Origin: Fistulifera solaris
Taxonomy: Eukaryota
Assembly: GCA_030295235.1 (NCBI GenBank)
Contig: AP026123.1
Coordinates: 1,240,001-1,304,000 of the forward strand
Direction: 5' to 3'
DNA length: 64,000 nt
In this document: positions 38,587 through 49,553 of the stretch, one piece after another
Numbering within the stretch: the stretch's first letter is position 1
Layout of the letters: every line of letters starts with the position of its first letter
Made by a program: the position numbers and the translations under genes
Notes under the pieces: generated by a model
Told to the model about the DNA's origin: nothing
Database searches by the model: none
Seen by the model: the letters and a program-made list of their open reading frames with translations, nothing else

Positions 38587-39375
38587 GAAGTGGCTTTATG
38601 TTTGGGCTCAAAAGATGCAAGTGTCAAGCTCAGTCCAATTACACGGAGTAGTCTATTACCAGGTATAGGGAGTATTAGTCTATTATTTGACGACGAACCT
38701 CATTATTTATTGCGTCGCTCGTTTTTGTGAAAAACGTTTGGTTCATCTTTCTTTAAAATCTATGACAAAACTTGTTCTGGATAACGGTACGAGTCTTTAT
38801 TAGGAGTTCAGGCTTCCGTCATATTAAGTACAAACTATCTTTGAAAGTCGGTGCAACGTGCAACGGACCACCTACTGTACGTACTACATTACGTAGGAGT
38901 TTCAGTGAGACACTAAAAGTTAGTGTACTTGTACAAAGATATGTCAGCATTATTTGACCTTAGCCCTCACTGAAGATTGAAGCTATCCTATGCTCTCTAG
39001 AGACTAAAGATCAGCTACAGTGTCTCTAAAAAATCTAAATAAAACCTGTCAAAATATGCCTGTGACGATAACACTTACTGCCACAATACGATCCTCAACG
39101 AAAATTTCTTTCCAGTAGAAAGATAGGATTGTTCACCTAGTGCCTCGTTATTTTTTCAGCCCACCACTGATCAGCCCATAGAGGCTATAAATTTGCTACA
39201 CTAAAACCTATACTGCGGAGTTTTTTGACCCCCTGCCGAACAGCTTTTGTACATTATAGATATATAGTGCTCAGTTTTTATTTTAAAATCAAGTACAATA
39301 AAATCCATTGTAAATATGATTAAATGTCTTTCAGGCACTGATGAAGTTCTTCACACCGCGCAAAATTTTGACATT

Positions 39376-39746
39376 ACGCATCATCGTCTCCCACGATTTC
39401 TGCCATGAGCTGAAAGTCTTGAGACAAGCCGTAGTCAACGCTGCTGTCATCGCTGTCATTGCTATCACTGCGGTCGACGTAATAGCGGCGTTGTCGTCGG
39501 CACTTTCAAAGAATCTGGCTGCGCTGAATCAGCATCTTCTGCGTCTTGTTCGGTCGCAGTATCTTCGGCGTCGTGATCGAGAGCTGGCTGTGCTTCTTCG
39601 TCAGAAGAAGCAGTTAGATCAATGACGACTCCACGATCTGTAGGAACGTTGTTACGAATACGTCCTGGGACAACTACAATGTTCCACTGATCACCCAGCG
39701 AGAGCAGTGAGGACAAAAATATCCCCATGGATAGGAGAGGAAACAA
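39376..39746 (-). CDS. Acidic transposon-internal ORF with a SUMO-interacting-motif-like VVIDLT; frameshifted, boundaries uncertain
   Basis: ORF 39465-39746 contains GVVIDLTASSDEE; acidic sequence continues in another frame (DSNDSDDSSVDYG...DDDA-stop). Confidence 0.35.
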
Positions 39747-40095
39747 ACTCCTCGATATTAGCCAAATGCATCAACATGGTTCACGTGAGTTTGAGATTTG
39801 ACGTGTGTTTTTTGTGAGCCTGATCTTCGTGTCTCCTATTTTCAGGTGAAAGTTGAGCGGTAAGTTGTCGAATTAAAAACGTTCTGGTGGGTACGGAAGC
39901 GGCTTAAGTATGTCGTTGACTGCCACGCATTCGGCGAACATGGGATCCAACGGTTCCTTCTTAATACAGCTCGCCAATCATGGGAATGCAAAGTAGCTGG
40001 CTACCGTGGGACTCGGCAGGTTCTTTGCAGAGTTCCAGAATCGTGAAATTATCAACTCTTGACCTCACTCGACAACATACAGCTCTATTCATTTT

Positions 40096-40515
40096 GTGAC
40101 CATGGCTGTTAGCAACGAGTTCGTGGTGCATTTCGCTCAGCGAGGACGCGCTGATGAAAGGGGAGTAGACTACAATATTGTATTCTTCGCACTAGTTACT
40201 GTGGGCAACAGAACGATTTCAGTTTATGAGAGAGACAATTACTTGGAAGCTCGAGGACGCGGTGCTCCTGCTAAGCCGGCACTTCAGATCCATTTCTCGG
40301 ACATTACCGTGCTAAAAGCAAAGGAACGGATTCGAAGTGAGCATGGTAATCATGTCGGAAGCAGGATTCGAATCTATGGCACGTTTGATCGGGGTCATAA
40401 GGAGCGCATCACCTTCAAATTGGACAGTGCCATCTTCACCCAATTTATGGCTCATCTGGAGTCGATCGAAAGCATTCGCGGAAAGGTAGTCCGTCACGGA
40501 ACACGACTTGCTTAG
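40096..40515 (+). CDS. Transposon cargo ORF (139 aa), unknown function, possibly PH-like fold
   Basis: Intact ORF inside the TIRs, convergent with the transposase; beta-strand-like pattern followed by a C-terminal amphipathic helix. Confidence 0.5.
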   Translation: MTMAVSNEFVVHFAQRGRADERGVDYNIVFFALVTVGNRTISVYERDNYLEARGRGAPAKPALQIHFSDITVLKAKERIRSEHGNHVGSRIRIYGTFDRGHKERITFKLDSAIFTQFMAHLESIESIRGKVVRHGTRLA

Positions 40516-40596
40516 TTAATCACTACTCATTAGGAAACGTACTATAGGATGAAACTATGCTTCCTAATCAATGTATTATTTCATGTATTACCTAAC

Positions 40597-43500
40597 TTAC
40601 TTAGAAACTAGATTCATTTCCGCCATTTTCTGGGCCTTCACCTGCGCTTTATGGATTTGCATGCATGTAAGTGTATTGTGAGGATTACCCGGGAGTGGTC
40701 TTGGTCCATTAGTTGGGGCACAGATGGGTGTGCATTTGAAATTTGCGTTCTTCTTCAATGCAGGTGCAGCACGACAAACAGGATGAGAGCATTGCCAACG
40801 TGTTCCCGTCTTGCAAACTCGACATTGGCGCTTGATGATGCGAGTTCCTGTTTTGCTTGGTTCTCCTTTCATGATCTCGTGTGAATCCTCAAAGAAGGGA
40901 GCGGGATCAAAATTTGTCCCGGCACCAGAACCAGAACCGGTCGACTGGGACAAGGGCGAGAGCACTGATGACTGTCCGTTCTTGACCACCAAAGAATCAC
41001 TTGCATACATCTCGCACAGATTCAGCGTTGCTTGCTGCAGTGCTTCGTTTCATTTGCTGGACGTAGCGGGCTTCGCTCGGCCTCAGACATGATATCCGCC
41101 TCCATGAACAAGCTGGGCTCGCTTGCTTCTTCGAAGTCGTAGAAATTATTGTTCAGACAGTCGAATGCCAATCCTTTCGCAAAAGCAGCTACCTTAAACT
41201 CCTTGTTCTCGCGAAGCTCTTTGACATGGTGAGTGATTGCACGGAAGGCGTCGATGGCGGTCATGCCAATCAAGGTACAGTTATTTCGAAACCAAGGATT
41301 TTGTGTCAGCCAATACTTTTCCAACCCCAAAGCGATGCTGACGACAGTGATTGTGAGAGTCGATTGCATCGGAGTCTGCAAAGTACTCGGAAAGGACAGC
41401 AGGACGCTTGATGCGGCGCTCTTTTACATTACCGTACGTGTCATTGAATCTCGCTACGTATGGCTTTGGGCCAGGTGAAGTTTGACGTCGTTCCTCGTCA
41501 TGACAAAACAAAGGGTGGTCTTCGAATTGAACTTGTAACCCACTGCAACTAATTGGATATTTGTCTCTGGCGTGCAGCATTGCATCACGAGATGAGACCC
41601 ACTGGGGTAATGCTTCATCCGGGATCGGAGCTCTTTCTTGGGAAAGCGACCACTATTCGCCTTGACCGACCCAATGAACTCGTGACCGTTCGGGTTCTCA
41701 CCTCGACTTCTGTCTATCTTGTACTTGCCGTTGCCATCAGGCCATAGAAGCTTGACACATTCAGCAGTTTTGGCACTGCCGAACCATGAATCGCCAGTCG
41801 CAAGGTAGCGACGACCTTGGTCCAAAGCAGCACTCCTTTCTCCGTGAGATCCCGCACCGCAGTAGACAGACCCTAAAATGAGTCTTATGGCGCAGGCTGC
41901 ATTTGTTCCGATCAATTCGCGAGAGCTCGGCTTTTCGCATGGGCTCTTTACCGCTGCACTTCCTGAAACAAAATCATCTTCGTCTTGGGACAAATCGCGT
42001 TCTGTAAAAGTGTGTGAGTCAATTATAAACAGGTCTTCCAATTTAAGCATATCACTAACCTTGTACTCAACACCAAGCGGCTTAGGCTTTCGTAAGATGA
42101 ATTGCAAATGCGGTAGCGAGGGAGGTCTTTGTAGTGCGGGGCTTAAACGGACTCATTGATTCATCCAAAACGATTTTCGAACTGCTGGCAACAGTTCTTT
42201 TGCGATTCTCGTTGTAGCCGTTAAGAAGACCCAAAATGGGATGCCATGGATCATCAGTTTGCTCGTTATCGTGAAAGCATAGCAAACATTCGCTGAAATT
42301 GTAAAGAACCGCGACTTGCTCATGAACCCAAGGCCCTCTGTGCCAAAGTTGATTGTGGAGAACATGAAATCAAGATCACTTTGCTCGAACAACTTTGCCC
42401 CACCTTTCTGACTAGGGCATGCGGCAAAGATGATGCCCCAAAAGACCCACCATTCCTTGCAAGTCAGCAAGCGCACTTTCTCTTTATGCTCGCCGAGATA
42501 CGCGTTCAGACTCTCTAGTTGCTTTCGCCAGTCACCTGTGAATGACCGTGTCAGGTAATTGTGCACTATGTGATCAAGCCAACGACATTGTAATCTTACC
42601 TGGCCACAGATGCTGCAGGAGCCTGAGGAGCGGGAAATCGTAGCTCTTAGTTTTGGTGTCGAGCTTCTCTTTTTTAAAGGCGGAAAAATCAAAGTCAAGC
42701 ACACCGGATTGCCGAAATGGCAAGACTGGATTGATGGGATAGACGTCGTCGGTGTAGACCCATTCGAAGACACGTTCGTCTTTGATCAAGATTAGCTCTG
42801 TCGACTTCACAAATTTCACTGCTTCGTCTTGAACCTCCCAGCATACGTAGTCGTGCTCTTCATCCCTATTGTCAGCAACGACAAAACCGATTCGTCTCGG
42901 AGCTCTGCTGCTGAACTTGACTTCCAACATCAATTCCTTGGTTCCTTGGGGGCTTACATTTAACACTGGTACCCATCTTGATCAAAGCAGCTTTCTCCAA
43001 TTCGTATCGCTCCCACTTCGCTCTGTGCTTTTCATCGCCCTTGAGCTCTTCGATCATCGCTCTGTAGTTCAAATCCATATCTCCATCTTCATCGTCGTCA
43101 TCGCCGTCGTCTCTCGGACGGTACACTCCAAGATCCTCCTCAAATTCAAGATCTGGATCGCCTTCCTCTTCGGATTCATCGTCACTAAGATCTTCGTACT
43201 TTCGCTGCCAGACGACTTCGTCATCGTTGGCTGCCGCTCCATTCGCGACATTTTGATCCTGCCCAATCACACGCCCATCCGACGACTCATCTGAATTCTG
43301 CGATTCTGTCTCACTGAAGCCGCCATCATCACCGTCTTCATCTCCGTCATCCAAGCCCAAGCCCGCCTTTGCCGATGTTGTGCTGGAACCATTTCCATTT
43401 TCATTTGACTCTAAGGAAGGTGCAGACTTCGTCATTGAGGGTCAAGAGAAGAGGTTGGTCTGCTTCTTCTGGTTCAGCCTCCGCGTCGTAGTCTTCCACC

Positions 43501-43866
43501 ATAGGATGATGCTCTTGATCTCTGACCCTTTTTAGCCCAGTCGATGCAACTTCAGATCGAATGCCATTTGTCTTGCCGGACGGATCAACAAACTCAATGA
43601 TCCATTTGTGCTTTTTCGTGGAATCAATAATGACAACCGGTGGAGGATTATGCTTTCTTCTCAAGAAGCAAGGGTAGCCTTTCCCAAATGCTTCTTCCAA
43701 CGTGGAACGAGGTAACTTCTTCATGATGACTTCTCTGTTCAATGACAGTGGCAAGCAAATGCGTTTCGCAAAACCCAACGAAATTATGGCCAGTGCACGG
43801 CATGCATTTGCAAGCTCGACAACTCATCTTCGCTCCAATAAGATGTTCAAGCACCATTGTTGCCAT
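40597..43866 (-). pseudogene. piggyBac-type (DDE_Tnp_1_7) transposase with C-terminal Cys-rich domain; introns ~42536-42599 and ~42002-42059; many frameshifts
   Basis: MSKSRFFTI, IVLDESM, FILRKPKPLGVEYK, GDSWFGS, FIGSVK, IDSHNHCRQ, LGLEKYWLTQNPWFR and C-terminal CRVC..T...CSHPVC...PIC...CMQIH are spread over successive frames. Confidence 0.85.
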
Positions 43867-44209
43867 GTGTAAATCTAAACAAGTTCACTCAGAGGTTGTA
43901 TTGATAGAAAGACCGTTGGCGTCGAAGTTTCTTCATGTTTCTTGTTGTCGAAGTTTCATTCGAGTCGACCGCCCGACGCTATTTCGAGTCGAACGGAAAA
44001 TGAAAATAAGAAACGGTCATGTTTGTGATCTACGTTGAAAAATGCGTACGTTAAGTACTGGGCTGATTAATTAGCCCTCGTGGTCTGTTGACCGGTATTT
44101 TTAGCCCGTTGGGGCGAAAATAGTACTGAGAACGACGGTTAGCCCCGTTAGACCGTTGTGTACTATAAAAATAACAAGGCACTAGAGATTAGTTTATTTT
44201 TTTATGAAA

Positions 44210-45428
44210 TCAATAAAGTGCGCGAAAGTTCGGTCGCTTCGTCTCGCATTCGCCTGATACTAAGTAACAACGCAATTTGTCGAAGATGTCTTTGTTCTGC
44301 GCCACCATCGCTGCAATATAATTGCCGCGGTATATTCTCGAAATCTCTGATTCAAAAAAATTAGTTCGATCCCGCCACTTGTTGTTCGAAGATTGCAGTA
44401 AGAGAGCTGTAGCCCCAACGGCTAAAACACCGACAATAGGAATCCAAGGAGCAGTGGCTAGAAGTGATACTTGAGTGGTTAATCCTGCCACTCCGCGTAA
44501 ACCTTCGGCTGGGACTGTAATAGGCAAAGCTGCAGCTATACCAGTGGCAGCCAAAGCCACGCCAGCTTTTTTTCACTGCAGCGTCCAATAAGACGGACGC
44601 CACTTGTGTGGTAGCCCAAACACCTGTTTTGCACCAGACAGCTACACACTCGCAGTTGGCTTCCAACAACTCGTACTCGGGTAGAACATGAGGATTTTTC
44701 ACAAGAAAATCAACACGCGCGAGAACGACACGGCGGCAATCACAAAATGCCGAGGTACGGGTTCCGGGCGGTGCAGCTTGACAAAGATCCGTGGGAGCCC
44801 CATACTCCACCACGTGCCATTCTTCCGAGGCGAATTCTGATACGCGAAGGCCTCTGATTTCGACCGCGTCGTGTTCTTTCGAGTCCCTCGGTAGTGACAG
44901 CTGAGATAGTGACGAGCTAGTAAGGGATGTTGGTAAGGCGATTGTATTGGAGTTGTTCGTGAAGTCAGCAATTTTAAGGATAACTCCGTCTTGCGTTGTC
45001 TTTCGAATATCCAGTAAAATTCCATGGTGCTGATAGTCGAGGACACCGGCTTTGCAATGCATATAAATATGATCTCCTGGAACAAATGTTTTTGCTTTCC
45101 TTCTTGAATGCACATCATTTTTAGAAACGATTCTCCAGTTTACAGCTTCGTCTTTTTCTTTGTTCATTTCCGTTAATAACGAAGATGACGCGGCTTCCGG
45201 GCAATGGTGGACACTGGTTGATGAATCGACTGTTCCCTCCATATTTGCAGAACTATCCTTGTGTAAATTGTCGTGATTCGATTCTTGGAGCATTTCCCAT
45301 CGATCAAAAGAGGCAACGTTGGCTGGGCTCTCTCGATGACTAACTATTGTGATTGCATCCATTGTCGTGTCGCGTTTTTCGTCGGGCAAATCCTCCCAGC
45401 ATTCGGAGTCATCATCGTCGCAAGTCAT
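44210..45428 (-). CDS. LRAT-like (permuted NlpC/P60, NC domain) protein; frameshift in T run ~44567-44573
   Basis: PGDHIY, YQHHGI, YELLEANCECVAVWCKTG; hydrophobic C-terminal part in ORF 44210-44560. Confidence 0.82.
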
Positions 45429-45749
45429 ATTTGCTTTATTATTGCACAGCTACCGCCTACGTCTTTCGTACAGCGGCAAAAAGATTGCTGAGCGGGACGC
45501 TGATCAATGATACAGCACTTTATTCTTGTTGCGATACAATGAAAGGCTTCATAGCGATCAGTTTCTTTCGTGCGATGTCACGTAGTCGTCGTGTGCGAAA
45601 TGCGAAAACGCGACACGCGACGATAGGAATAAGGCTCGGGAATGACGGTGTATTAGTGAGTCGTGTTGTAGCTAATTCAAACTCCGTAATTTTTTTAAAT
45701 CGCTTTAAAAATATAGAACTGCATCTAACAGCAACCGGCTGGATAAATC

Positions 45750-48700
45750 TTATGCGTATACATAGTCAACTTTGGCGTCATTGGTACTGTCAGGGTACTT
45801 CCATGCGCCACGCTTTCCTTGTCGCGAGTTCCCTTGTTCCTTTTCTTCCAAGCGGATCAGTCTTAAGCGTTGTTGCCTATTCTGGTAAATGTACCAGATT
45901 GCGCCAACCGCCATGACAATAGAGATGCTGATCCAAGCGACCATATTGAGAACGAATTTGTTGTATGGCTCGTTGTTAACTTGGTTATCGGCGTTGGCGC
46001 TCCAGGCTGCCTCAATAAAGACATTGATGCCCATTAAGATGGCATCAAACGTACCATGCAGAATGAGAGCAGGAAAAACGATTCGCCCAACGCCGATACG
46101 ATGTCCATTATCTCGATCGTGTTCGACGAACTTTCGGATCATATTAATGCTTTGCATAGCTGCAGCAAGAGCATGGATTGGGAAAATAGATCGAAAAAAG
46201 AGTACAATCCACTCTTCCATGATCTCCTCCTTCCCGTGAGACTGACCAGGGCCGCCAAAAACAAACACGTATAAGCAATTTTCCGCGCATGCAAAGCCGA
46301 CAGCCACGCTAATCATTGCGGTGGTAATCGCCATTGCCCTTTGTCGGTGAGTTCGAATATCGTTCTCGTCTTCGTCGAACTCAGTCTCGGTGGTACCGGT
46401 TGAACGAAGGAGGTTGTCTTCGGTGGCCTTCAGCTTCTTTGCTTTATCGTCGTTACTTTGAATCAGCTCCTGCACTTGATGTGAAGCAAACGGGTACTTA
46501 ACAAGGCCGCCGTCGATTGCGCCGGCGTCATCTTCCTGACGTTGTAGTCCGGTGAGAAACACCAAGTCCGGGTGTTCGACAGCGCGAAAAGTGTAATACT
46601 TGCACAATTCTTCCACTGATGCGGCAACTACATAGGCATTGAACAACTCGCTCAATATCCAAATGATTCTCTGATGATCATAAACCCAGCTATCGAACGC
46701 ATCACCTTGGATTATGACACCAGTGAAGTAAAGCACCAATTCTCCAAAGAGTACCAGATGGAGAAGCAAGTTCTCCAATAATAATGCTACCGGCACCGCA
46801 ACCAAAAACCCCGCAGCGAAAAACTTAATGACAGCGTCCAGACTGAGGTCGCTTTTGTGAAGTAGCCAATGAACAATGAATATAATTAGAAAGCTTTGGG
46901 CGAACGTTGCACCAAGTATCACAGCGTCTTGCCATGAGAAGGCAGCGAGTGGATTGAAGAAAATTGCCGCAACAAGAGCAGAGCACGACAGCAGAAAGCC
47001 GACAAGGATATAGCGGCTTAGCTTCGACAAGGCCTGAAAGTGAGGACTAACTCCGCGCAGTCTTTTCGAATAGCCTTTCCATCCTTTTCGAAGATCATTT
47101 ACTTGTTTTTGATATTCATGAAATGGCTGGTGTGTAATGAAGTCTATCCTTTGGTAACGCGGAGGTAAAAGGAGACGCATTTCCCGTGCTTCCTGAGCGA
47201 GTGCGCAAATGGATAGGAACTGGCACCAGCATTTACACAACGCTCCGCAACATAACGACATGAAACAGTTGAATCCTCTAGCAACGCTGTCTTCATGGTG
47301 AGGTTTTTTCTTGCGACGAACAATACCTTCGTCTGCCACCTCTATGTGCTCGTTAAACGAACCATCAATTGTATCATCAACGGGATAGCAACCGAACAGC
47401 GTGTGACTGCAAGCCCCTTCGTACTGGTCTTCCAGTGCGCCATCTAGCGCTACGCGTCGTGTCGCAGCCTCGTCGGAAGAGGCGTAGTACAAGTGATCTT
47501 CTTGGGCTCTTGCTCTCACAACATAAAACCGTGTCCTCATTCTTCGGCGTCGGCCCAACAAGCCTAGAAAAATCAGGAAAAATATGAATATTCCGAGTCG
47601 AGCGTGCGAGCCAGTCTTTTGATCACCTAGCGCACTAGGCTTGGGCTGTTTGGCGTAGTTCTGTCCATCGTCATTGTTTGCGTCGTCGTTTGTATCGTCA
47701 TTATTTACACCCGCATCATCGTTGTTCGCATTCGCATCATCATTGTAGACGGCATCGTCGCCGTCTCCGTCATAGTCTTCAGTACGTCTTCGCTGTTGCC
47801 GATCTCGACGACTTTCTTCCTGTATTTGGTCGTAAATGGCGTATTCATAGCGTACAAAATCAACTAGGGGCCGCCAAATAGTTTCATGGCAATCGCGAAT
47901 TTTGAAAATTCCATTCACGGGATAAGTCGTCCTTTGTTGGGTTGATACTAAACGGCGCTGATCATCATCGTTGTTTCGAGCATTGTTGTAGTAGCGATTA
48001 TTGTTGTTATTTTGAAGGTAGTCGTCCCACCATTGCTCCTCTACGTCTTCACCCTCATCGCCGCCATCTTGATTAACGGCATTGGTGTTGCCGTTACTTT
48101 TATTGTCGTTATTATTGTAGAAATCATAGCCGGACATGTAAACTCCAGCGAGTCCGCTACCTGTTCCAAAACCAAAGACGAGGAACGTGGAGAACATAAG
48201 GAGCATTGTCACTAGCAAAGCGTACGCCATTAAGCGACTGGGTTGTCGCTTTTTATTGGCTTTGCCCCATCCTCTTCTTTCGTTACGAAGCTCGAGTAAA
48301 TATTCAGTCCTATTCGACAGAAGCAGACCGAAACAACCTATACTCGCGCAAACAAGGGGTTCGTCCAGGAATAACGATCGAATGCTGGTCGAAAAGCCCC
48401 GAAATCGCAGTACAGGCGTAATGTCACCCGTCGTAGACTGAGATCGGAAGGACTCAATATGATCATCATCTTCTTCATCTTCGTCGGATATATACGACTC
48501 GTCAGACTGTTCTTCTTTATCCGTGCTGTATACGCTGTGATTGGATTGTTTTCTTTCCCGGTTTCCCCTTCTTGAATTACTAGTCTCCGCACGAAATTCC
48601 TGGCTCATTTCGTTCTCCGAATGAGATTTGCTCTGCCGAAATAGCGTAGAAATTTTCCCTGTCAAGCCTACTTTCGGCTTGGGAGGCTCCATGACAAAGT

Positions 48701-48815
48701 CGGCGGTCGGAACGACAGTTTCTCGGGCAACATCCCGACTGTCAAGAGCCGGAGGTACGTAGGATCCGGTGCCCTTATCATTGGGGCCACTGCGAGCTGT
48801 TGACTTGGGTGCCAT
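45750..48815 (-). CDS. Multi-pass membrane protein with C-terminal PrsW-family glutamic intramembrane protease domain and a PLAC8-like Cys-rich segment
   Basis: 1021-aa ORF; SVEELCKY, GFACAENCLY, PIHAL, ILHGTFD; CKCWCQFLSICALAQEARE. Confidence 0.8.
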   Translation of the reverse strand: MAPKSTARSGPNDKGTGSYVPPALDSRDVARETVVPTADFVMEPPKPKVGLTGKISTLFRQSKSHSENEMSQEFRAETSNSRRGNRERKQSNHSVYSTDKEEQSDESYISDEDEEDDDHIESFRSQSTTGDITPVLRFRGFSTSIRSLFLDEPLVCASIGCFGLLLSNRTEYLLELRNERRGWGKANKKRQPSRLMAYALLVTMLLMFSTFLVFGFGTGSGLAGVYMSGYDFYNNNDNKSNGNTNAVNQDGGDEGEDVEEQWWDDYLQNNNNNRYYNNARNNDDDQRRLVSTQQRTTYPVNGIFKIRDCHETIWRPLVDFVRYEYAIYDQIQEESRRDRQQRRRTEDYDGDGDDAVYNDDANANNDDAGVNNDDTNDDANNDDGQNYAKQPKPSALGDQKTGSHARLGIFIFFLIFLGLLGRRRRMRTRFYVVRARAQEDHLYYASSDEAATRRVALDGALEDQYEGACSHTLFGCYPVDDTIDGSFNEHIEVADEGIVRRKKKPHHEDSVARGFNCFMSLCCGALCKCWCQFLSICALAQEAREMRLLLPPRYQRIDFITHQPFHEYQKQVNDLRKGWKGYSKRLRGVSPHFQALSKLSRYILVGFLLSCSALVAAIFFNPLAAFSWQDAVILGATFAQSFLIIFIVHWLLHKSDLSLDAVIKFFAAGFLVAVPVALLLENLLLHLVLFGELVLYFTGVIIQGDAFDSWVYDHQRIIWILSELFNAYVVAASVEELCKYYTFRAVEHPDLVFLTGLQRQEDDAGAIDGGLVKYPFASHQVQELIQSNDDKAKKLKATEDNLLRSTGTTETEFDEDENDIRTHRQRAMAITTAMISVAVGFACAENCLYVFVFGGPGQSHGKEEIMEEWIVLFFRSIFPIHALAAAMQSINMIRKFVEHDRDNGHRIGVGRIVFPALILHGTFDAILMGINVFIEAAWSANADNQVNNEPYNKFVLNMVAWISISIVMAVGAIWYIYQNRQQRLRLIRLEEKEQGNSRQGKRGAWKYPDSTNDAKVDYVYA

Positions 48816-49553
48816 ACTTCAATAGAAGAAAAGATTGTTCTAGCTGTTCGTGAATGAATCACGTGCTGTTTTCTGATTGAAGAAATTATGAGGTACGGAG
48901 AATATTATTATTTCTTGTCGCGTGTAATGGTTATGTTGTGCATCAAAGGACCTTTGTCTGTGACCTACAACATATCATGGCCGCAATGGCGAGAGGCGTG
49001 CAAGGTGCAATAAAGTGCTCTTTGTTTGCAGCATTCATTATTGACAGGCGATAGGTGGAGTTTCTGCAACTATACATCAATATCCGTTGAAATATCTCAA
49101 CGTCTATCTACTATCAGCGATCAGTAGAAATGTTGGCGCACAATTTCGTATTCAAACAGTTTACTTAGTACTTTAAAGCTCATATTTATGTTCCGAATTC
49201 TAATTCCGAATTCCAATGCACCGTTTTTCTTAGAAGTAATTTTAAACTCTATAACATATAGTGGCGGATACCGGTAAGTCTGTCTCGGTGACATTTTTGA
49301 GATGTCATCTGCCACCTTCCTCGTCCACCGCAGTTCACACACGCGCAGCACCACCCCGCCGTAGCCAGTCCTTCGACCCTTCAACCATGGGAAGAGCCTT
49401 TCCTGACGACAAAGAAAAGACAATCCGTGGCTAATAGTTTGTATTTTTATTGAATACATGTCTAGAACTTGCTCGAAAAATAGAATAGGAAACGAAACAG
49501 AGAAAAGTCATGGCTCCCAAGCGCTGTAAAATGCGGGAGCGCTCAAAAGCGCT

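Larger units (their letters stand above)
39141..44181 (-). mobile_element. piggyBac-like DDD DNA transposon, 5041 bp, with 15-bp TIRs and a CTAG target-site duplication
   Basis: Left: CTAG (39137-39140) then TGCCTCGTTATTTTT. Right: AAAAATAACAAGGCA (44167-44181) then CTAG (44182-44185). TIR identity 14/15; internal transposase. Confidence 0.85.

Noticed and set aside
37325..38651. Direct repeats AATTA(T/C)ACGGAGTAG flanking the sulfotransferase gene as a possible TSD
   Set aside because: Imperfect match with no element structure; similar TACGGAGTA/TACTCCG words occur elsewhere (e.g. ~15340, ~63894).
44051..44072. TTAA sites as the canonical piggyBac terminus
   Set aside because: No matching TTAA-flanked TIR on the left; the CTAG-flanked 15-bp TIR pair fits much better.
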